A stretch of 64,000 nt of DNA, taken from positions 2,240,001 to 2,304,000 of the forward strand of contig OZ244991.1 in the NCBI GenBank assembly GCA_965223335.1. Direction: 5' to 3'. This stretch comes from Thermodesulfobacteriota bacterium. Lineage in GTDB: Bacteria; Desulfobacterota_D; UBA1144; Nemesobacterales; UBA2774. Below, in pieces: positions 11,216 to 22,275 of the stretch (position 1 is its first letter; each line of letters opens with the position of its first letter). A program made the translations under genes and the position numbers. The notes under the pieces were generated by a model. The model was not told the DNA's origin and did not search any database. It was given only the letters and a program-made list of their open reading frames with translations.

Positions 11216-13060
11216 CTAAATCCTTTTGAGCAGTTCATCGGAAGTAAACGGCTTTGGTAGAAAGCATATGTTGGCATTCTTAATACTGCTTTGCGCTGCG
11301 AAATCGGACTCGTCCACCACAGACGAGATCAGCACCACCCTAATCCCCCGATGGAGCTCTGTAGCCCTATTGGCGATCTCGTATCCGTTTGTATCGTCAT
11401 CGAGCAGTACGTCGGATACGACCAGGTTGTAGCGGTTTTTTTGCAAAAGCTCCATTGCCCCGCTGCCCTTTACAGCCGTGTCGGTGTTGTAGCCCTGTTT
11501 CTCTAGTACTTTTGTTATCATCTCGGCTATGGGCTTGTCGTGCTCTACCACAAGCGCTCTTTGACCGGTTCCATCAGTTGCCAAGGGTAGCTGGTTATTG
11601 ATAATAATTGGTAGATAGAGGTAGATCGACGTGCCCTCGTCAGGTGTGCTCTCAATTGCCATATCGCCGCCCGATTCCTTTGCAAATCCATACACGCTGC
11701 TAAGCCCAAGCCCTGTGCCCCCGTCGTCGGTTTTGGTCGTAAAAAACGGTTTTATAGCGCTCTGTAGGGTCTCGGGATCCATGCCTCTGCCGTTATCGGT
11801 GACCTTGATCACTGCGAACTCCTCCGAGGATATGTTGCTTACGGTCTTATGGGTGGAGTGTTCCCGATAGGTCTTGATCGATATCCGGCCATGGTTTTTG
11901 ATTGCGTCCTTTGAGTTGATGCACAGGTTTAACAGAGCCGCCTGCAGCTGGTTTTGGTCGACGTTTACAAGCGGCAGGTCGTTTAACTCCAACGCTACCT
12001 CAATCTTTTTGCCTACCGAGTGTTTGATGATGATCTCCATTTCCTCAATAATGCTGTTTATGTCCAGGGGGGCAACATCGATGGGTTTGTTGCGTACAAA
12101 GTTTAAGAGCGAGCGTGTAATCTCCTTGGCCTCGAGCGATGCATAGGATATGCGGTCGTAGTACTCACGGTTTTTCGAGTTCTTGGGGATTTTCATGTTG
12201 TCCAGAGAGCCGAGAATAATCTGTATCAGGTTGCCTATATCGTGGGCAAAATAGCCAATGAACATGCCGAGCGTGGTAAGCTTCTTTATATGTTTGGAGT
12301 GCTCGAGATCGCTTTGTTGGGCTTCCATGTGTTTAAACACGGCACACATACCGCCGTTATTCAAGAAATAGCGCTTTACCTTTACAAGGCCCCCATCGGT
12401 GTTGATCAGCTGTTCGTTGTACTGTCTATTTTCAACTATTCTCATCTGTCGGTCGATAAGTTTTTTTTTGTCCCCCTCCCCCAAAAGCCCTCTTTCGGCA
12501 AGCATCTCGTAGAGGTCAACCACCTTGTGGTTGCCCAGAAGGAACTCGCGCGAACATATACCCATCTCTAGGAACTTACGGTTCCATGAAGTTATTCGGA
12601 GGTCACTGTCGATTATCGCAATGCCGTGGTCAGAGCTGTTCATGATAATCTTAAACAGCTGTTCGGTGGAGTTGTCGTAGAGCATATCGGGGTTGTATAT
12701 GTATACGATCACACCCTCGGTCGTCTCGGTGTCGTCTGTGGTAATAACCCGCGGTACTAAGAGTATTGTAACCTGTGAGTTTCCGCCTTTGTGCTCGGGA
12801 GCTGTTTTTTGGATGCTTACCACATCGCCTTTGAGTGCCGTGGGAATGTTGGCTTTTAGAGAGGCATAGATATTGTTTTCGACTATCACGTCCAAGTGTT
12901 GCGACACTATTTTATCCTGCGTGAGCCCGATCAGGGTACAGTAATTAATGTTGGCATATTCGTGGATTTTGTCCTTATTTATATATGCAATGGGGATGGG
13001 GATGTTTTCCGTTATTTGAAATAATATATCTTTCTCAATTGGAAAATCTATATTGCACAT
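11216..13060 (-). CDS. Hybrid sensor histidine kinase (PAS-PAS-HisKA-HATPase-REC)
   Basis: FAHDIGNL H-box, NLCINSKDA N-box, DNGRGM, PFFTTK, GTGLGLS; C-terminal receiver (LVVSDV, FLPKPF). Confidence 0.92.
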   Translation of the reverse strand: MCNIDFPIEKDILFQITENIPIPIAYINKDKIHEYANINYCTLIGLTQDKIVSQHLDVIVENNIYASLKANIPTALKGDVVSIQKTAPEHKGGNSQVTILLVPRVITTDDTETTEGVIVYIYNPDMLYDNSTEQLFKIIMNSSDHGIAIIDSDLRITSWNRKFLEMGICSREFLLGNHKVVDLYEMLAERGLLGEGDKKKLIDRQMRIVENRQYNEQLINTDGGLVKVKRYFLNNGGMCAVFKHMEAQQSDLEHSKHIKKLTTLGMFIGYFAHDIGNLIQIILGSLDNMKIPKNSKNREYYDRISYASLEAKEITRSLLNFVRNKPIDVAPLDINSIIEEMEIIIKHSVGKKIEVALELNDLPLVNVDQNQLQAALLNLCINSKDAIKNHGRISIKTYREHSTHKTVSNISSEEFAVIKVTDNGRGMDPETLQSAIKPFFTTKTDDGGTGLGLSSVYGFAKESGGDMAIESTPDEGTSIYLYLPIIINNQLPLATDGTGQRALVVEHDKPIAEMITKVLEKQGYNTDTAVKGSGAMELLQKNRYNLVVSDVLLDDDTNGYEIANRATELHRGIRVVLISSVVDESDFAAQSSIKNANICFLPKPFTSDELLKRI

Positions 13061-13613
13061 TTTATTTATATCTATAATCCTATGGCTCTAAATATTTGAT
13101 ATCTTATCATACATTAAATGTTTTTGTGAACCTTTAATTATCTTTACCGACTATTAGCTCGAGCTCAAGTGTTTCGGGGGGTATTATGGAATATAGGTAT
13201 AAAATGTAGCGGTCTAAGATTCTTTGATATTTTGATTTATTTTTGTACGTTAAAATGTTTCTATAACCGGGTCTATTATGCATATTTTTCGAGCTGTCTA
13301 AACAATATGCGCACTAACATCTTATCCACAGAGGCAAAACCTTCTCGCTGCTGTATCCACACTTGATATTTTATAAATATTCAATCTAGATATTACATTA
13401 GATCTGTCTATTATCTAACTGTAATAATTATAGATATTGACATGCTTTAACTTTATACCTTGCTCGAATTTTGTAAAATTGTAAAAAAACCCTAGCCAAG
13501 ATTATATATTTTGTAGTATAATTACTTTGGGTCATGGTTGCTACTCTTAAAGTAGCACTTTAAGTATTAGTTGTAATGGGTCTAAAATATTCCTCTTAAG
13601 GGAGGGTCGGTAG

Positions 13614-14054
13614 ATGGTAGACAAATGGGATGCTATTGGGATAGAACCGGGGAGTAGGTTTTTGGATTTATATTACGAACCGCTTAGCGAAAAATTTATA
13701 GCGCATTTCTTTAAAGATCTGGGTTATGGGTACGGTATAAAAACACTCTATGTGAGGCATGTATCGGAGGATACGTACCGCAAGTTAGAGGACACTGACG
13801 GGTCACTTAGTTTCGAAGATCTGGTTATATCGCCCGAAAGACCTGAGATTTATGTGAACGTATTCAGGTTTTCTAAAGCAGGCGGTTCATACGGCTATGT
13901 ATGGGACTCTATTAAAAGGATTGACCTGGACACGGGACAGATATCACCCGTTAGGGGCGACCAAGAGCTCCTGCACGCTGCACACATGCTGGGAATAGGT
14001 ACAGAGCCCCATGCTATGTTTGCTACGGAACACTCTCCATATATGACGCAGTAA
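13614..14054 (+). CDS. Hypothetical protein
   Basis: 146-aa ORF with GGAGG RBS. Confidence 0.55.
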   Translation: MVDKWDAIGIEPGSRFLDLYYEPLSEKFIAHFFKDLGYGYGIKTLYVRHVSEDTYRKLEDTDGSLSFEDLVISPERPEIYVNVFRFSKAGGSYGYVWDSIKRIDLDTGQISPVRGDQELLHAAHMLGIGTEPHAMFATEHSPYMTQ

Positions 14055-14239
14055 TTGCCTTAGTCTGACCGATGGGGTTTAGATTAGGGATAATTACCAG
14101 ATTGGGCCGGCTTGAAGCCGGCCCTCTATTATAAACCACAGTGCAGTGCTTTAATGCACTAACATTCGAGATGACATACGGGGCGAGGGCAGAGAGGGAA
14201 AAAGAGATTATAGGCCGACAGTAGGAGGAAACGGTAGAG

Positions 14240-14569
14240 ATGGCATATCTGTATCTTAGCATTGCGATAATTGCAGAGGTTGTGGCTACAACGGCGCTAA
14301 AAGCGAGTGAGCAGTTCACACAACTATGGCCCACAGTGATAGTGTTTGCTGGCTACACCGCGGCGTTTTACTGTCTTACACAGGTGTTAAAGTACATGTC
14401 GCTAGGTGTGGTGTATGCGGTGTGGGCCGGGCTTGGGATTGTGCTTGTGACGCTGGCGGGATTGGTGGTTTACAAGCAGGTGCCAGATGTGCCGGCTGTG
14501 CTTGGGATAGGTCTTATAGTGGGGGGTGTGGTTGTAATAAACGTTTTTTCCAAAACGGTTACACATTGA
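14240..14569 (+). CDS. SMR-family small multidrug efflux transporter (EmrE/QacE-like)
   Basis: 4 TM, AIIAEVVATTALKAS (conserved Glu), YAVWAGLG. Confidence 0.92.
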   Translation: MAYLYLSIAIIAEVVATTALKASEQFTQLWPTVIVFAGYTAAFYCLTQVLKYMSLGVVYAVWAGLGIVLVTLAGLVVYKQVPDVPAVLGIGLIVGGVVVINVFSKTVTH

Positions 14570-14671
14570 TTGAGGGTTTGGTATAGTTTAGAAAACACTC
14601 GAAATTATAGGTATAAACATCTATAATAAAACGATGTATAATTGTAATAACAAAGTTTCGGAGGATGGACG

Positions 14672-15169
14672 ATGAAACAGTTACTTGCCATTGCGATAGC
14701 AGTACTGATTGTTTTTGTGGGATTTACCCCCGCCACCAAAGCCCAGAAATCCAAAGCCGGTATAGGCACGGTGGTAGAGGTGATATGGCCCTCGGTCCCC
14801 AACCGGCGCAACTTTATGGTAGCCGTGGGCGACAAGGTGCAGGGACGCGTGGGCTGGTACACCCCCCCGGGTGCCAACAGGCTCGACCTTAACGAAAAGC
14901 AGTACAACATGATCAAGATCGTAAAGCCCATTGTGGGGGCCGAGATCATAATCGTTTACGACAGCACTATCCCCGGGTACCAGGCACTACACAACGAGCT
15001 CGCATGGTTTAACACCCGCGTGTCTTACATTGCCGAGAACAACAAGCCCCTAAAACGCGGCGACACTCTAGAGTTTTGGCTGGACGAGGACACAAGTGAT
15101 TTTGACGTCAGGGCCGACGTCACAAGGGGTGACGGCGAACCCGTAGCGGTGTTTGAGTTCATTAAGTAG
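14672..15169 (+). CDS. Secreted hypothetical protein
   Basis: Signal peptide, GGAGG RBS. Confidence 0.65.
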   Translation: MKQLLAIAIAVLIVFVGFTPATKAQKSKAGIGTVVEVIWPSVPNRRNFMVAVGDKVQGRVGWYTPPGANRLDLNEKQYNMIKIVKPIVGAEIIIVYDSTIPGYQALHNELAWFNTRVSYIAENNKPLKRGDTLEFWLDEDTSDFDVRADVTRGDGEPVAVFEFIK

Positions 15170-15239
15170 GCATGGGTGCCCTACCCCGCTGACATCGAAC
15201 TAGCTGCGTTATTACTATTTGGCGCGTGGATGCTGTGCT

Positions 15240-15608
15240 ATGGCTGCAAAGACCCGCTATCCTAAAGAGGTAGACTCGTACCTAAAGGCGCTGCCGCCCG
15301 AGCGGAGACCTAGGGTAAAGGACCTGATTGAACTTACGTCGGGGCTATATCCGGCTTCGATCCTCTCCATGAAGTACAAGATGCCGTCGTTTGAGACCCC
15401 CGGGGGCTGGTTTGCCATAGGCAACCAAAAACACTACGTGTCGGTCTACACATGCTCCCCGGAGCACATCGCCCACTATCTAGATAAACACCCCAAGACA
15501 CCCCACGGCAAGGGCTGCCTAAATTTTAAAGATACTGACACGATCGATATGCCTAGGCTAAAGAAGGTCATAAGAAACGCTTTGAAACAGCATAAGAACA
15601 ACGTCTAA
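15240..15608 (+). CDS. DUF1801 (YdhG-like) protein
   Basis: VDSYL.AL, MKYKMPSF, QKHYVSVY, GKGCLNFK. Confidence 0.8.
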   Translation: MAAKTRYPKEVDSYLKALPPERRPRVKDLIELTSGLYPASILSMKYKMPSFETPGGWFAIGNQKHYVSVYTCSPEHIAHYLDKHPKTPHGKGCLNFKDTDTIDMPRLKKVIRNALKQHKNNV

Positions 15609-15696
15609 TCTATTGGATTGATCTAGCACTCTCTTTAAGATAGATTCGGGGTTTTAAGGCTTACTTATGGGCCATTAAATTAAAAGGAAACAGTCA

Positions 15697-16068
15697 TTAT
15701 TTTAGTTTTTTATACTTCTTTCTATTATTACGAATTGTTTCGTGATTTTCTTCTGCCCACTTAACCAGTTGTTTGATTGGTGAGAGCACAGATACTCCAA
15801 TTTCTGATAACTCATAAACCACTTTAGGCGGGTTTTCATCATATATAGTGCGAGTTATATATCCATCTGCCTCTAATTCTTTTAGGGTCTTTGATAATAC
15901 CTTTTGAGAAATGTCTCCGATCGTTCGCTTTAACTCGTTGAATCTCGTTGGGTGTTGCTCCAATACGGCCAAAACCAACAGGCTCCATTTATCTCCGATT
16001 CGATCGATAATATCACGGTAAGGGCAGTTTTTCGCATTTTTTTTGTCCAGGACAGTTACTTTGAGCAT
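15697..16068 (-). CDS. HxlR-family winged-helix regulator
   Basis: CP...IIDRIGDKWSLLVL, RFNELKR.I..ISQKVLS.TLKELE.DG, PPKV.YELS. Confidence 0.92.
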   Translation of the reverse strand: MLKVTVLDKKNAKNCPYRDIIDRIGDKWSLLVLAVLEQHPTRFNELKRTIGDISQKVLSKTLKELEADGYITRTIYDENPPKVVYELSEIGVSVLSPIKQLVKWAEENHETIRNNRKKYKKLK

Positions 16069-16164
16069 ACTTGGTCACATAAAAGTACCTAATTGACACT
16101 TAGTGTTCAATATATACTATATAAAGAACTAATTATCATACTCAGTTCTTAGGAGGAACCAAAC

Positions 16165-17007
16165 ATGAAAAAGATCATTTGTAATACGGTATGTGCCATA
16201 CTAGTCTCACTTGGCACTTGTACTATTGCTTTGGCGGATAGTCCAAAAGATATCGCAGTTGCTGAAATGGCATCCTTATTCGTATCATTTGATGCGGATG
16301 AGGCAAGGAGGACAATGGCGCAAGACCTGATTCAGCACAATCCGACCGTACCGACCGGACGTGACGCATTGATTGGTTTCATTCCGGCTTTAAAAGAGAG
16401 CGGTATCACGGCCACGACACACCGCCTGATTGCTGAAGGCAACATGGTGGTTGCTCACAATGAATATAAGAATGCACAATTGTTTGGGGGTGAACATCTG
16501 GCGGCCTTTGACGTTTTTCGCATTGAGGATGGTAAAGTTGTTGAGCACTGGGACAATCTCACGCCTGTCACACCCCCGAACCCATCGGGCCGAACGCAGT
16601 TCGACGGTACAACCGAGATCACGGATCTGGACAAAACTGCTGAAAATAAGGCGCTTGTAAGCAATTTCGTAAAAGATGTTCTTCAAGGTAATGCACCAGA
16701 AAAAATCACAGAGTACATCTCAACCGAGACCTATCTACAACATAATAGTGGTGTGGCAGATGGATTAGACGGGTTGAATGAGGCTATCAAGAAAATGGCG
16801 GACACTGGCGAGCCGATGACCTACGGCAAAACCCATTTCATCGTAGCAGAGGGTAACTTTGTATTGGTGGCTTCCGAGGGCAAATTTCTTGGCAAACACT
16901 CTGCTTTCTATGACCTATTTCGGGTAGATGACGGAAAGATCGTTGAGCACTGGGATGTAATTCAGGAGATTCCTGCGGAATCAGCCAACGACAACGGCAA
17001 ATTCTAA
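16165..17007 (+). CDS. Secreted tandem SnoaL/NTF2-like protein
   Basis: Two QHN...AEGN.V...DxFR..DGK.VEHWD repeats; divergent from the HxlR gene. Confidence 0.85.
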   Translation: MKKIICNTVCAILVSLGTCTIALADSPKDIAVAEMASLFVSFDADEARRTMAQDLIQHNPTVPTGRDALIGFIPALKESGITATTHRLIAEGNMVVAHNEYKNAQLFGGEHLAAFDVFRIEDGKVVEHWDNLTPVTPPNPSGRTQFDGTTEITDLDKTAENKALVSNFVKDVLQGNAPEKITEYISTETYLQHNSGVADGLDGLNEAIKKMADTGEPMTYGKTHFIVAEGNFVLVASEGKFLGKHSAFYDLFRVDDGKIVEHWDVIQEIPAESANDNGKF

Positions 17008-17183
17008 ACATCAACGATGCAATTGAGTGCTTTATGCCATGTTTTTGGATGTTCTTCTGTGGATTGAACTTAGAACCCCTTTGTGATAGATTCGGGTATA
17101 GGTGAGGTCTTAAATTCGATAGCAGTTCGGATGAGAGTTTTGTGCTTTTGGTGATAATTCACCAAGCGGGGAGGAAAAAACAG

Positions 17184-17567
17184 ATGAGCATGCACACGAG
17201 GCCCGTCTTTAGGCCCGGGAAGAACATAGCAATCAAGGTGCCCCCGTACCAGTTTGTCGAGATCGTGCAGTTCTACCGCGATGTTATAGGGCTCGGCGAG
17301 ATTCAGATTAGCTCGGCAGATTCGCTTTACCCCAGTGCCGTGTTTGATTACGGTGACAAGAGGCTTTGGATAGACTCGGTCGACACGGTTAGCCAGGCCG
17401 AGATATGGCTTGAGCTCGAGACAGACGACCCGGGTGGGGCAGCCGCGTACCTGGACCAACAGGGCATTCAAAGACGAGACGAGATAGAGCCCCTACCCGA
17501 TGGGTTCACTGGGTTTTGGGTGCAGAACCCCGCGGGCATAATCCACCTGATCACTGGAGAAATCTAA
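17184..17567 (+). CDS. VOC/glyoxalase-like protein
   Basis: NIAIKVP, FYRDVIGL, GFWVQNPAGIIHL. Confidence 0.75.
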   Translation: MSMHTRPVFRPGKNIAIKVPPYQFVEIVQFYRDVIGLGEIQISSADSLYPSAVFDYGDKRLWIDSVDTVSQAEIWLELETDDPGGAAAYLDQQGIQRRDEIEPLPDGFTGFWVQNPAGIIHLITGEI

Positions 17568-18027
17568 TAGCGCCAATGAGATAATGAGTGTGTTTGGAAT
17601 GGAGCAGATTTACGACCTGGATGGAAGACCGGCCGGTGATATGCGCGAGCAGCTTTAGTCGGCATTTAAATGCCCCAGCTTGACCCTCGCGCGAAACTGT
17701 ATTAATAATTTAATAAAGGTCTACTACTTGTGACTTAGACGCGGATGAAAATCATCCGACCCACTTTTTGGAGAGAGTCGATGGGATGTAGCAGGACGCA
17801 TCGGTGCTTTGTTAGGGGCACCGGTAGTCCTGCTTTTCATTTGTCGCATATGATTCCAGCTCTCATCTACAACACAGTCTACCTTATTGAAAAAACCGTA
17901 TAAACATTAGAACAAGCCTATGTTAATACTGTATTATCACTAATTGCTAGATTCACTTTCCCTCACGGGATTAAAGGGCGTATACTTAGTCTATAAACAT
18001 AAAAGGAACAATGGAGGATCCATAAAA

Positions 18028-18393
18028 ATGTCGTCAGATATTAGATTACAAACCGAAAGAACGCTGATGCGTCACCTGGCTGCGTTTGCCAGCAGAAACA
18101 TCGACAGCATACTTGCCGATTACACTGAAGAGACAATGATCGTACTGCCCGATCAAGAGATACAGGGTCTAGACAATGTGCGTGAGTTTTTTACCACGCT
18201 CCTAAACGACTACCTGCCGCTCGGCAGCACGTTTGAGCTCAAAAAGAATTTTATTCATGAGAATGTTGCATGTTTGATGTGGTCCGGAAAATCCGAGAAG
18301 TACAACTTCCCGTTTGCGACCGACACGATCGTGTTTAAGGACGACAAGATCCACATACAGACCATCGGTTACATACTCGAAGAGACCGGCTGA
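18028..18393 (+). CDS. SnoaL/NTF2-like protein
   Basis: HLAAF...IDSILADY.E, G...VREFF, ATDTIVFKDDKI..QT; GGAGG RBS. Confidence 0.75.
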   Translation: MSSDIRLQTERTLMRHLAAFASRNIDSILADYTEETMIVLPDQEIQGLDNVREFFTTLLNDYLPLGSTFELKKNFIHENVACLMWSGKSEKYNFPFATDTIVFKDDKIHIQTIGYILEETG

Positions 18394-18401
18394 TCCGGCG
18401 G

Positions 18402-19322
18402 TTAAACCTCGTTGGCTATACCGTGGAGCAGCTCTGGCACAATGCTTCGCAAATAGCGCACAAAATCCTTAATGAACGGGTATTTCTCCGAGCTCTTGTT
18501 CCAGAGCACCTCATAGCCCAACATCACCTGCTTTCGGCTCGAGTCATAGAGCGGAAGCGCCCTTGTGTTCTCGTTCGTAATCTTGGATTTAGGCAATAGC
18601 ACCGAGCCTATGCCCAGGTCGGCCCATTGCTCTAGGATCCTGTAACTCTCGGCCCTGCCCTTATACTCCTTAAACGGCACACCGTTTTTCCTAAAAAGCT
18701 CGCGTGTAAAATTGGCGAGCCCGCACAACTCGGGCCCGAGTGCAAAAGTGTCCTCGGCAATATCATCCAGGTCCACACTGAGCTTGTCACGTCTTTTGGG
18801 CATATTGCCCGACGACTCTACGTAGTAAAGCCCCTCCTCATATAGCGGCATACTTCTATAGAGCTTGTTGTAAGTGTTCTTAAGCGAGAATGCAAAATCG
18901 ATGTTCTCGTCATCTAGCCTGGAGATAAGCTCGGCCTTCCCACACTCCTTGTATATAACCTCGGTATCGGTGTTTGTGCGCGTGTAGGGATCGAGCAGTG
19001 TTTTTAAGAGGCTGAAATTGATCATGGTCGAGAGCCCTATGCGCAGCACCGAGCGCTCGGGGTTCATAAACTCGTCTATGGCCACAGAAAGGTCTTTTTT
19101 GGACGAGATCATCTGCTCTATATAGGGTAGGATGCGCTCACCAAACGAGGTCAGCGCCACCTCGCGCGTCGTGCGTCTAAACACGGCTCCGCCCACCTCC
19201 TGCTCAAACTGTGCTATGGCGTTTGACAGTGTGGGCTGGCTCACACCGAAGTGCGCAGCCGCCTTGCTAAACGACCCGAGCTCCGCCACTCTGCTTATGT
19301 ATTCGAGTTGGTTAAGGTTCAT
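18402..19322 (-). CDS. LysR-family transcriptional regulator
   Basis: QLEY...VAELGSFSKAA..GVSQPTLS.AI...E..G..VF.RTTR.V.LT. Confidence 0.93.
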   Translation of the reverse strand: MNLNQLEYISRVAELGSFSKAAAHFGVSQPTLSNAIAQFEQEVGGAVFRRTTREVALTSFGERILPYIEQMISSKKDLSVAIDEFMNPERSVLRIGLSTMINFSLLKTLLDPYTRTNTDTEVIYKECGKAELISRLDDENIDFAFSLKNTYNKLYRSMPLYEEGLYYVESSGNMPKRRDKLSVDLDDIAEDTFALGPELCGLANFTRELFRKNGVPFKEYKGRAESYRILEQWADLGIGSVLLPKSKITNENTRALPLYDSSRKQVMLGYEVLWNKSSEKYPFIKDFVRYLRSIVPELLHGIANEV

Positions 19323-19439
19323 AATTATTTATTTGTAATCCCAATAACACCTATTTATATATGTAATTTTACTATAAGTCTACATAAATTTATTCTTATA
19401 TTCCAATTAGCTTTTACAAAATTTATAGGAGGGAATGTT

Positions 19440-20000
19440 ATGAGAATATTACAGTTTAGTTTGTTTGCAGTACTGCTATTGGTTGGTACAGTCGGGTTTG
19501 CCGACGAAGAGATGTCGGGCGGGGCCACTGAGGATAAACTTACCGACGCCACGATCATTTCCATATTCGACGATGCCAACACGGCTGACATCATTACGGG
19601 AAGAATAGGAGCGACCAAGGGTCATTCCGACGAAGTAAAAGCCCTTGGGAGGATGGTGGCCACAGACCATGTGCACGTACAGAACATGGGTCGCGAGCTT
19701 GCCAATAAACTGGGTGTGATCCCTGTGCCCCCTGACGGCGACCAGTCCATTATCAATCTGGCCCAGGTCATAAAGACACTCCAGTCCAAGTCGGGCCCGG
19801 ACTTTGACCTAGAGTATCTTATGTATGAGATCGGCTATCACCAGGCTGTTATAGACGCTATCGACAATGTTTTACTCCCCGAGACCGAGAACGAGGAGCT
19901 ACGTGCGCTCATCATAAAGGTAAGGCCGGGGTTCGAGGGCCACCTTGCTGCCACAAAAGCAGCGGCCAAAAAACTCGGCTATTTAGAAGAACAGCAGTAA
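19440..20000 (+). CDS. DUF4142-like secreted protein
   Basis: Signal peptide; AN.ADI, VKALG.MV..DH, G.DFD..Y...EI.YH, HL..TK. Confidence 0.75.
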   Translation: MRILQFSLFAVLLLVGTVGFADEEMSGGATEDKLTDATIISIFDDANTADIITGRIGATKGHSDEVKALGRMVATDHVHVQNMGRELANKLGVIPVPPDGDQSIINLAQVIKTLQSKSGPDFDLEYLMYEIGYHQAVIDAIDNVLLPETENEELRALIIKVRPGFEGHLAATKAAAKKLGYLEEQQ

Positions 20001-20017
20001 CCTCCACTTGGGCTTAG

Positions 20018-20058
20018 AGGGCGTCTCGTTAATTCATGCGAAGGCGCCCTTTTTCTTT
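20018..20058 (+). terminator. Intrinsic terminator
   Basis: agggcgtc...ggcgccct followed by T-run. Confidence 0.6.
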
Positions 20059-20144
20059 CTGTCCACGATTCAAATCCCATTCCGTTTTACAACCGACCCC
20101 TATTAAATATATAATGATTATATAAGGCATTCTGGGAGGGACCT

Positions 20145-20570
20145 GTGAATATAGAGTTCGGTACACACTACCTGCTCACTATACGGGAAGAAGAGCGTCT
20201 TAGGGTAAGGTCGTTCTACGAGTCGCTTTTAGGTTGCAACCTGCTCTCTCATGATATGGGTGCTACGACGAACATACCGCCGGATATCGATCTGTTTCAT
20301 TTTCCCGACGGCATTGTGCTTGGAGTCCGCTATGTGGACAACGGCGAGCCGGTGTTAGACACCGAACAGCACAAGCTTGGGTGCTGGATGGAGCTTGCCA
20401 CCGACGACGAGCAGCTGCTCATCGACAAGCTCCGGGAGTTCGGGGTCGAGGAGATCACGGACTTTTGGGATAAGGACCACTTCTATTTCCATGCCCCCGG
20501 CGGTCAGGTGTACAGGGTCGTCGATTTTGGAGTCGCGGAAACAAGCGGCCTAAAAGTAGCTGTAGGATAA
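20145..20570 (+). CDS. VOC-like protein
   Basis: FYESLLGC, WMELATDD, FYFHAPGGQVYRV. Confidence 0.65.
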   Translation: MNIEFGTHYLLTIREEERLRVRSFYESLLGCNLLSHDMGATTNIPPDIDLFHFPDGIVLGVRYVDNGEPVLDTEQHKLGCWMELATDDEQLLIDKLREFGVEEITDFWDKDHFYFHAPGGQVYRVVDFGVAETSGLKVAVG

Positions 20571-20578
20571 TCTTTCTT

Positions 20579-20938
20579 ATGAAATACGCGTTTTTTTCGC
20601 TTATCTTCGCACTCGTGTTTATCGTGGCGGGCCTCTATTTGTTTAGGTACTACTTCGGCCCCCACACCAAGTACTGTCCCATCGGCCACCGCATGAGTGA
20701 TTCGTCCAACTGCCGCCTGCTCGATGTAGGCCCCGATATGCTGCTGCTCCAGCACGGCAACATCGATACCCACGACTACTACCTCGAGATCATCGACAAG
20801 GGCAAGTCCCGCAAATACCAGATGCCGGAAACAGCGCTAAAAAACGCTGTTAAAGGCTACCGTGCCGTGTTCATTGAGGGCGAGGACAAAAAGATAATGA
20901 TAAACGACCGGGAGACAGAGCTCATCCCACTTAAATAG
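20579..20938 (+). CDS. Hypothetical membrane-anchored protein
   Basis: N-terminal TM; operonic spacing. Confidence 0.6.
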   Translation: MKYAFFSLIFALVFIVAGLYLFRYYFGPHTKYCPIGHRMSDSSNCRLLDVGPDMLLLQHGNIDTHDYYLEIIDKGKSRKYQMPETALKNAVKGYRAVFIEGEDKKIMINDRETELIPLK

Positions 20939-21039
20939 GTTCATTCGTATTAGATGTCATACAAATAGTTGTCTCACTGTGGTGTAACAGCTAGACTTTA
21001 ACCCTAACGTATTACATCCACTCACAATTGAGGTGAAGC

Positions 21040-21804
21040 ATGAAATTAGAAGGTAAATCAGCAATAATCACAGGCGGTGGTACAGGCATAGGGAAAGCCA
21101 CAGCACTCTTGTTTGCACGCGAGGGTGCCGATGTATTAATCACTGGCCGAAGAGAGGAAAAACTCCGGGAGGTAGCAGACGAGCATAACAGCGGGGGCGG
21201 TGCCATCGAGATTCTAAGCGCCGACGTTACGTCCGATGCCGACTGTAAAAAGACCGTGGACACTGCTATTGAGAAGTTCGGCAAGGTCGATGTGCTCTTT
21301 AACAATGCAGGGATTCTTTTTCCCGGTGCTACGCACGAGACCTCAGACGAGGTATGGGACAAGACCTTTGATATAAACGTAAAGGGGACTTTTCGTATGT
21401 CGCGTGCCGTGCTTCCGCATATGCTCGAGAACGGCTACGGCTCGATCATAAACAACTCGTCGGTCGTGGGTCTAAAGGCATATCCGGGGCTTGTGGCCTA
21501 TGTGGCTTCCAAGGGGGCTGTGTCACAGTTCACAAGGGCTATGGCGCTTGAGTACGCCGACAAGGGCATACGCGTTAACATGATAAATCCCGGGGTGATC
21601 GTTACCCCCATGGTGACCGAAAACTATATGGATCATGCCGAGGACAAAGATCAAGTCGAGCAGTACATGAAATCGCTACACCCCATGGGCAGACTCGGCG
21701 AGTCCGACGAGGTCGCCCACGCGGTACTCTTCCTCGCAGAGGACAACGTAGGGTTTATCACCGGTTCCGCCATCTCCGTAGACGGCGGTTGGGTAGCTAA
21801 ATAG
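21040..21804 (+). CDS. SDR-family oxidoreductase
   Basis: TGGGTGIG, NNAG, YVASK, PG..VTPM, G..ISVDGG. Confidence 0.95.
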   Translation: MKLEGKSAIITGGGTGIGKATALLFAREGADVLITGRREEKLREVADEHNSGGGAIEILSADVTSDADCKKTVDTAIEKFGKVDVLFNNAGILFPGATHETSDEVWDKTFDINVKGTFRMSRAVLPHMLENGYGSIINNSSVVGLKAYPGLVAYVASKGAVSQFTRAMALEYADKGIRVNMINPGVIVTPMVTENYMDHAEDKDQVEQYMKSLHPMGRLGESDEVAHAVLFLAEDNVGFITGSAISVDGGWVAK

Positions 21805-21824
21805 GTATTTATCAGAGGTGGTAT

Positions 21825-22199
21825 ATGAAAGGAATGTTTCTATTAGGTATTGCGATAATAGTACTCGGGTTCTCTCTTTGGAGTGGTGCCCAAGAGTCTG
21901 AGAAGATTGTGCTCCATGGCAAGATCACTGCGGCTTGCGAGTCCGACCCCTCGGGCAAAAACAGCTGCCGTGACGCCACGGCCTGGCAATTCCCAAACCC
22001 CGGCTATAAAATGCGTGGCTATATACTTCTCCAGACCTGCGGGGATTATGATGAATCCACGGGCGGCCACGAGATAAAGGAACTTAAGGACTCGGAAGAT
22101 AACATTATAGGCTATGAGTTAGCAGTCTGGTGCGAGGGTTTTCAAGATAAACCCTGCTGCATCGGCCAACAAATGACCATCTCTTATACCGAGAGGTAA
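21825..22199 (+). CDS. Secreted Cys-containing hypothetical protein
   Basis: Signal peptide, GAGGTG RBS. Confidence 0.6.
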   Translation: MKGMFLLGIAIIVLGFSLWSGAQESEKIVLHGKITAACESDPSGKNSCRDATAWQFPNPGYKMRGYILLQTCGDYDESTGGHEIKELKDSEDNIIGYELAVWCEGFQDKPCCIGQQMTISYTER

Positions 22200-22275
22200 T
22201 CCGCATCATCCCCCTGCGTCTTTTTGCGCCTCCACTCGTCTTTTATAGATGAGAACGAAAACAAGGAGGCGTACC

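Noticed and set aside
10297..13331. Isolated TTATCCACA at ~10297 and ~13323
   Set aside because: Single sites without the tandem 20-mer context; cannot be linked to the array.
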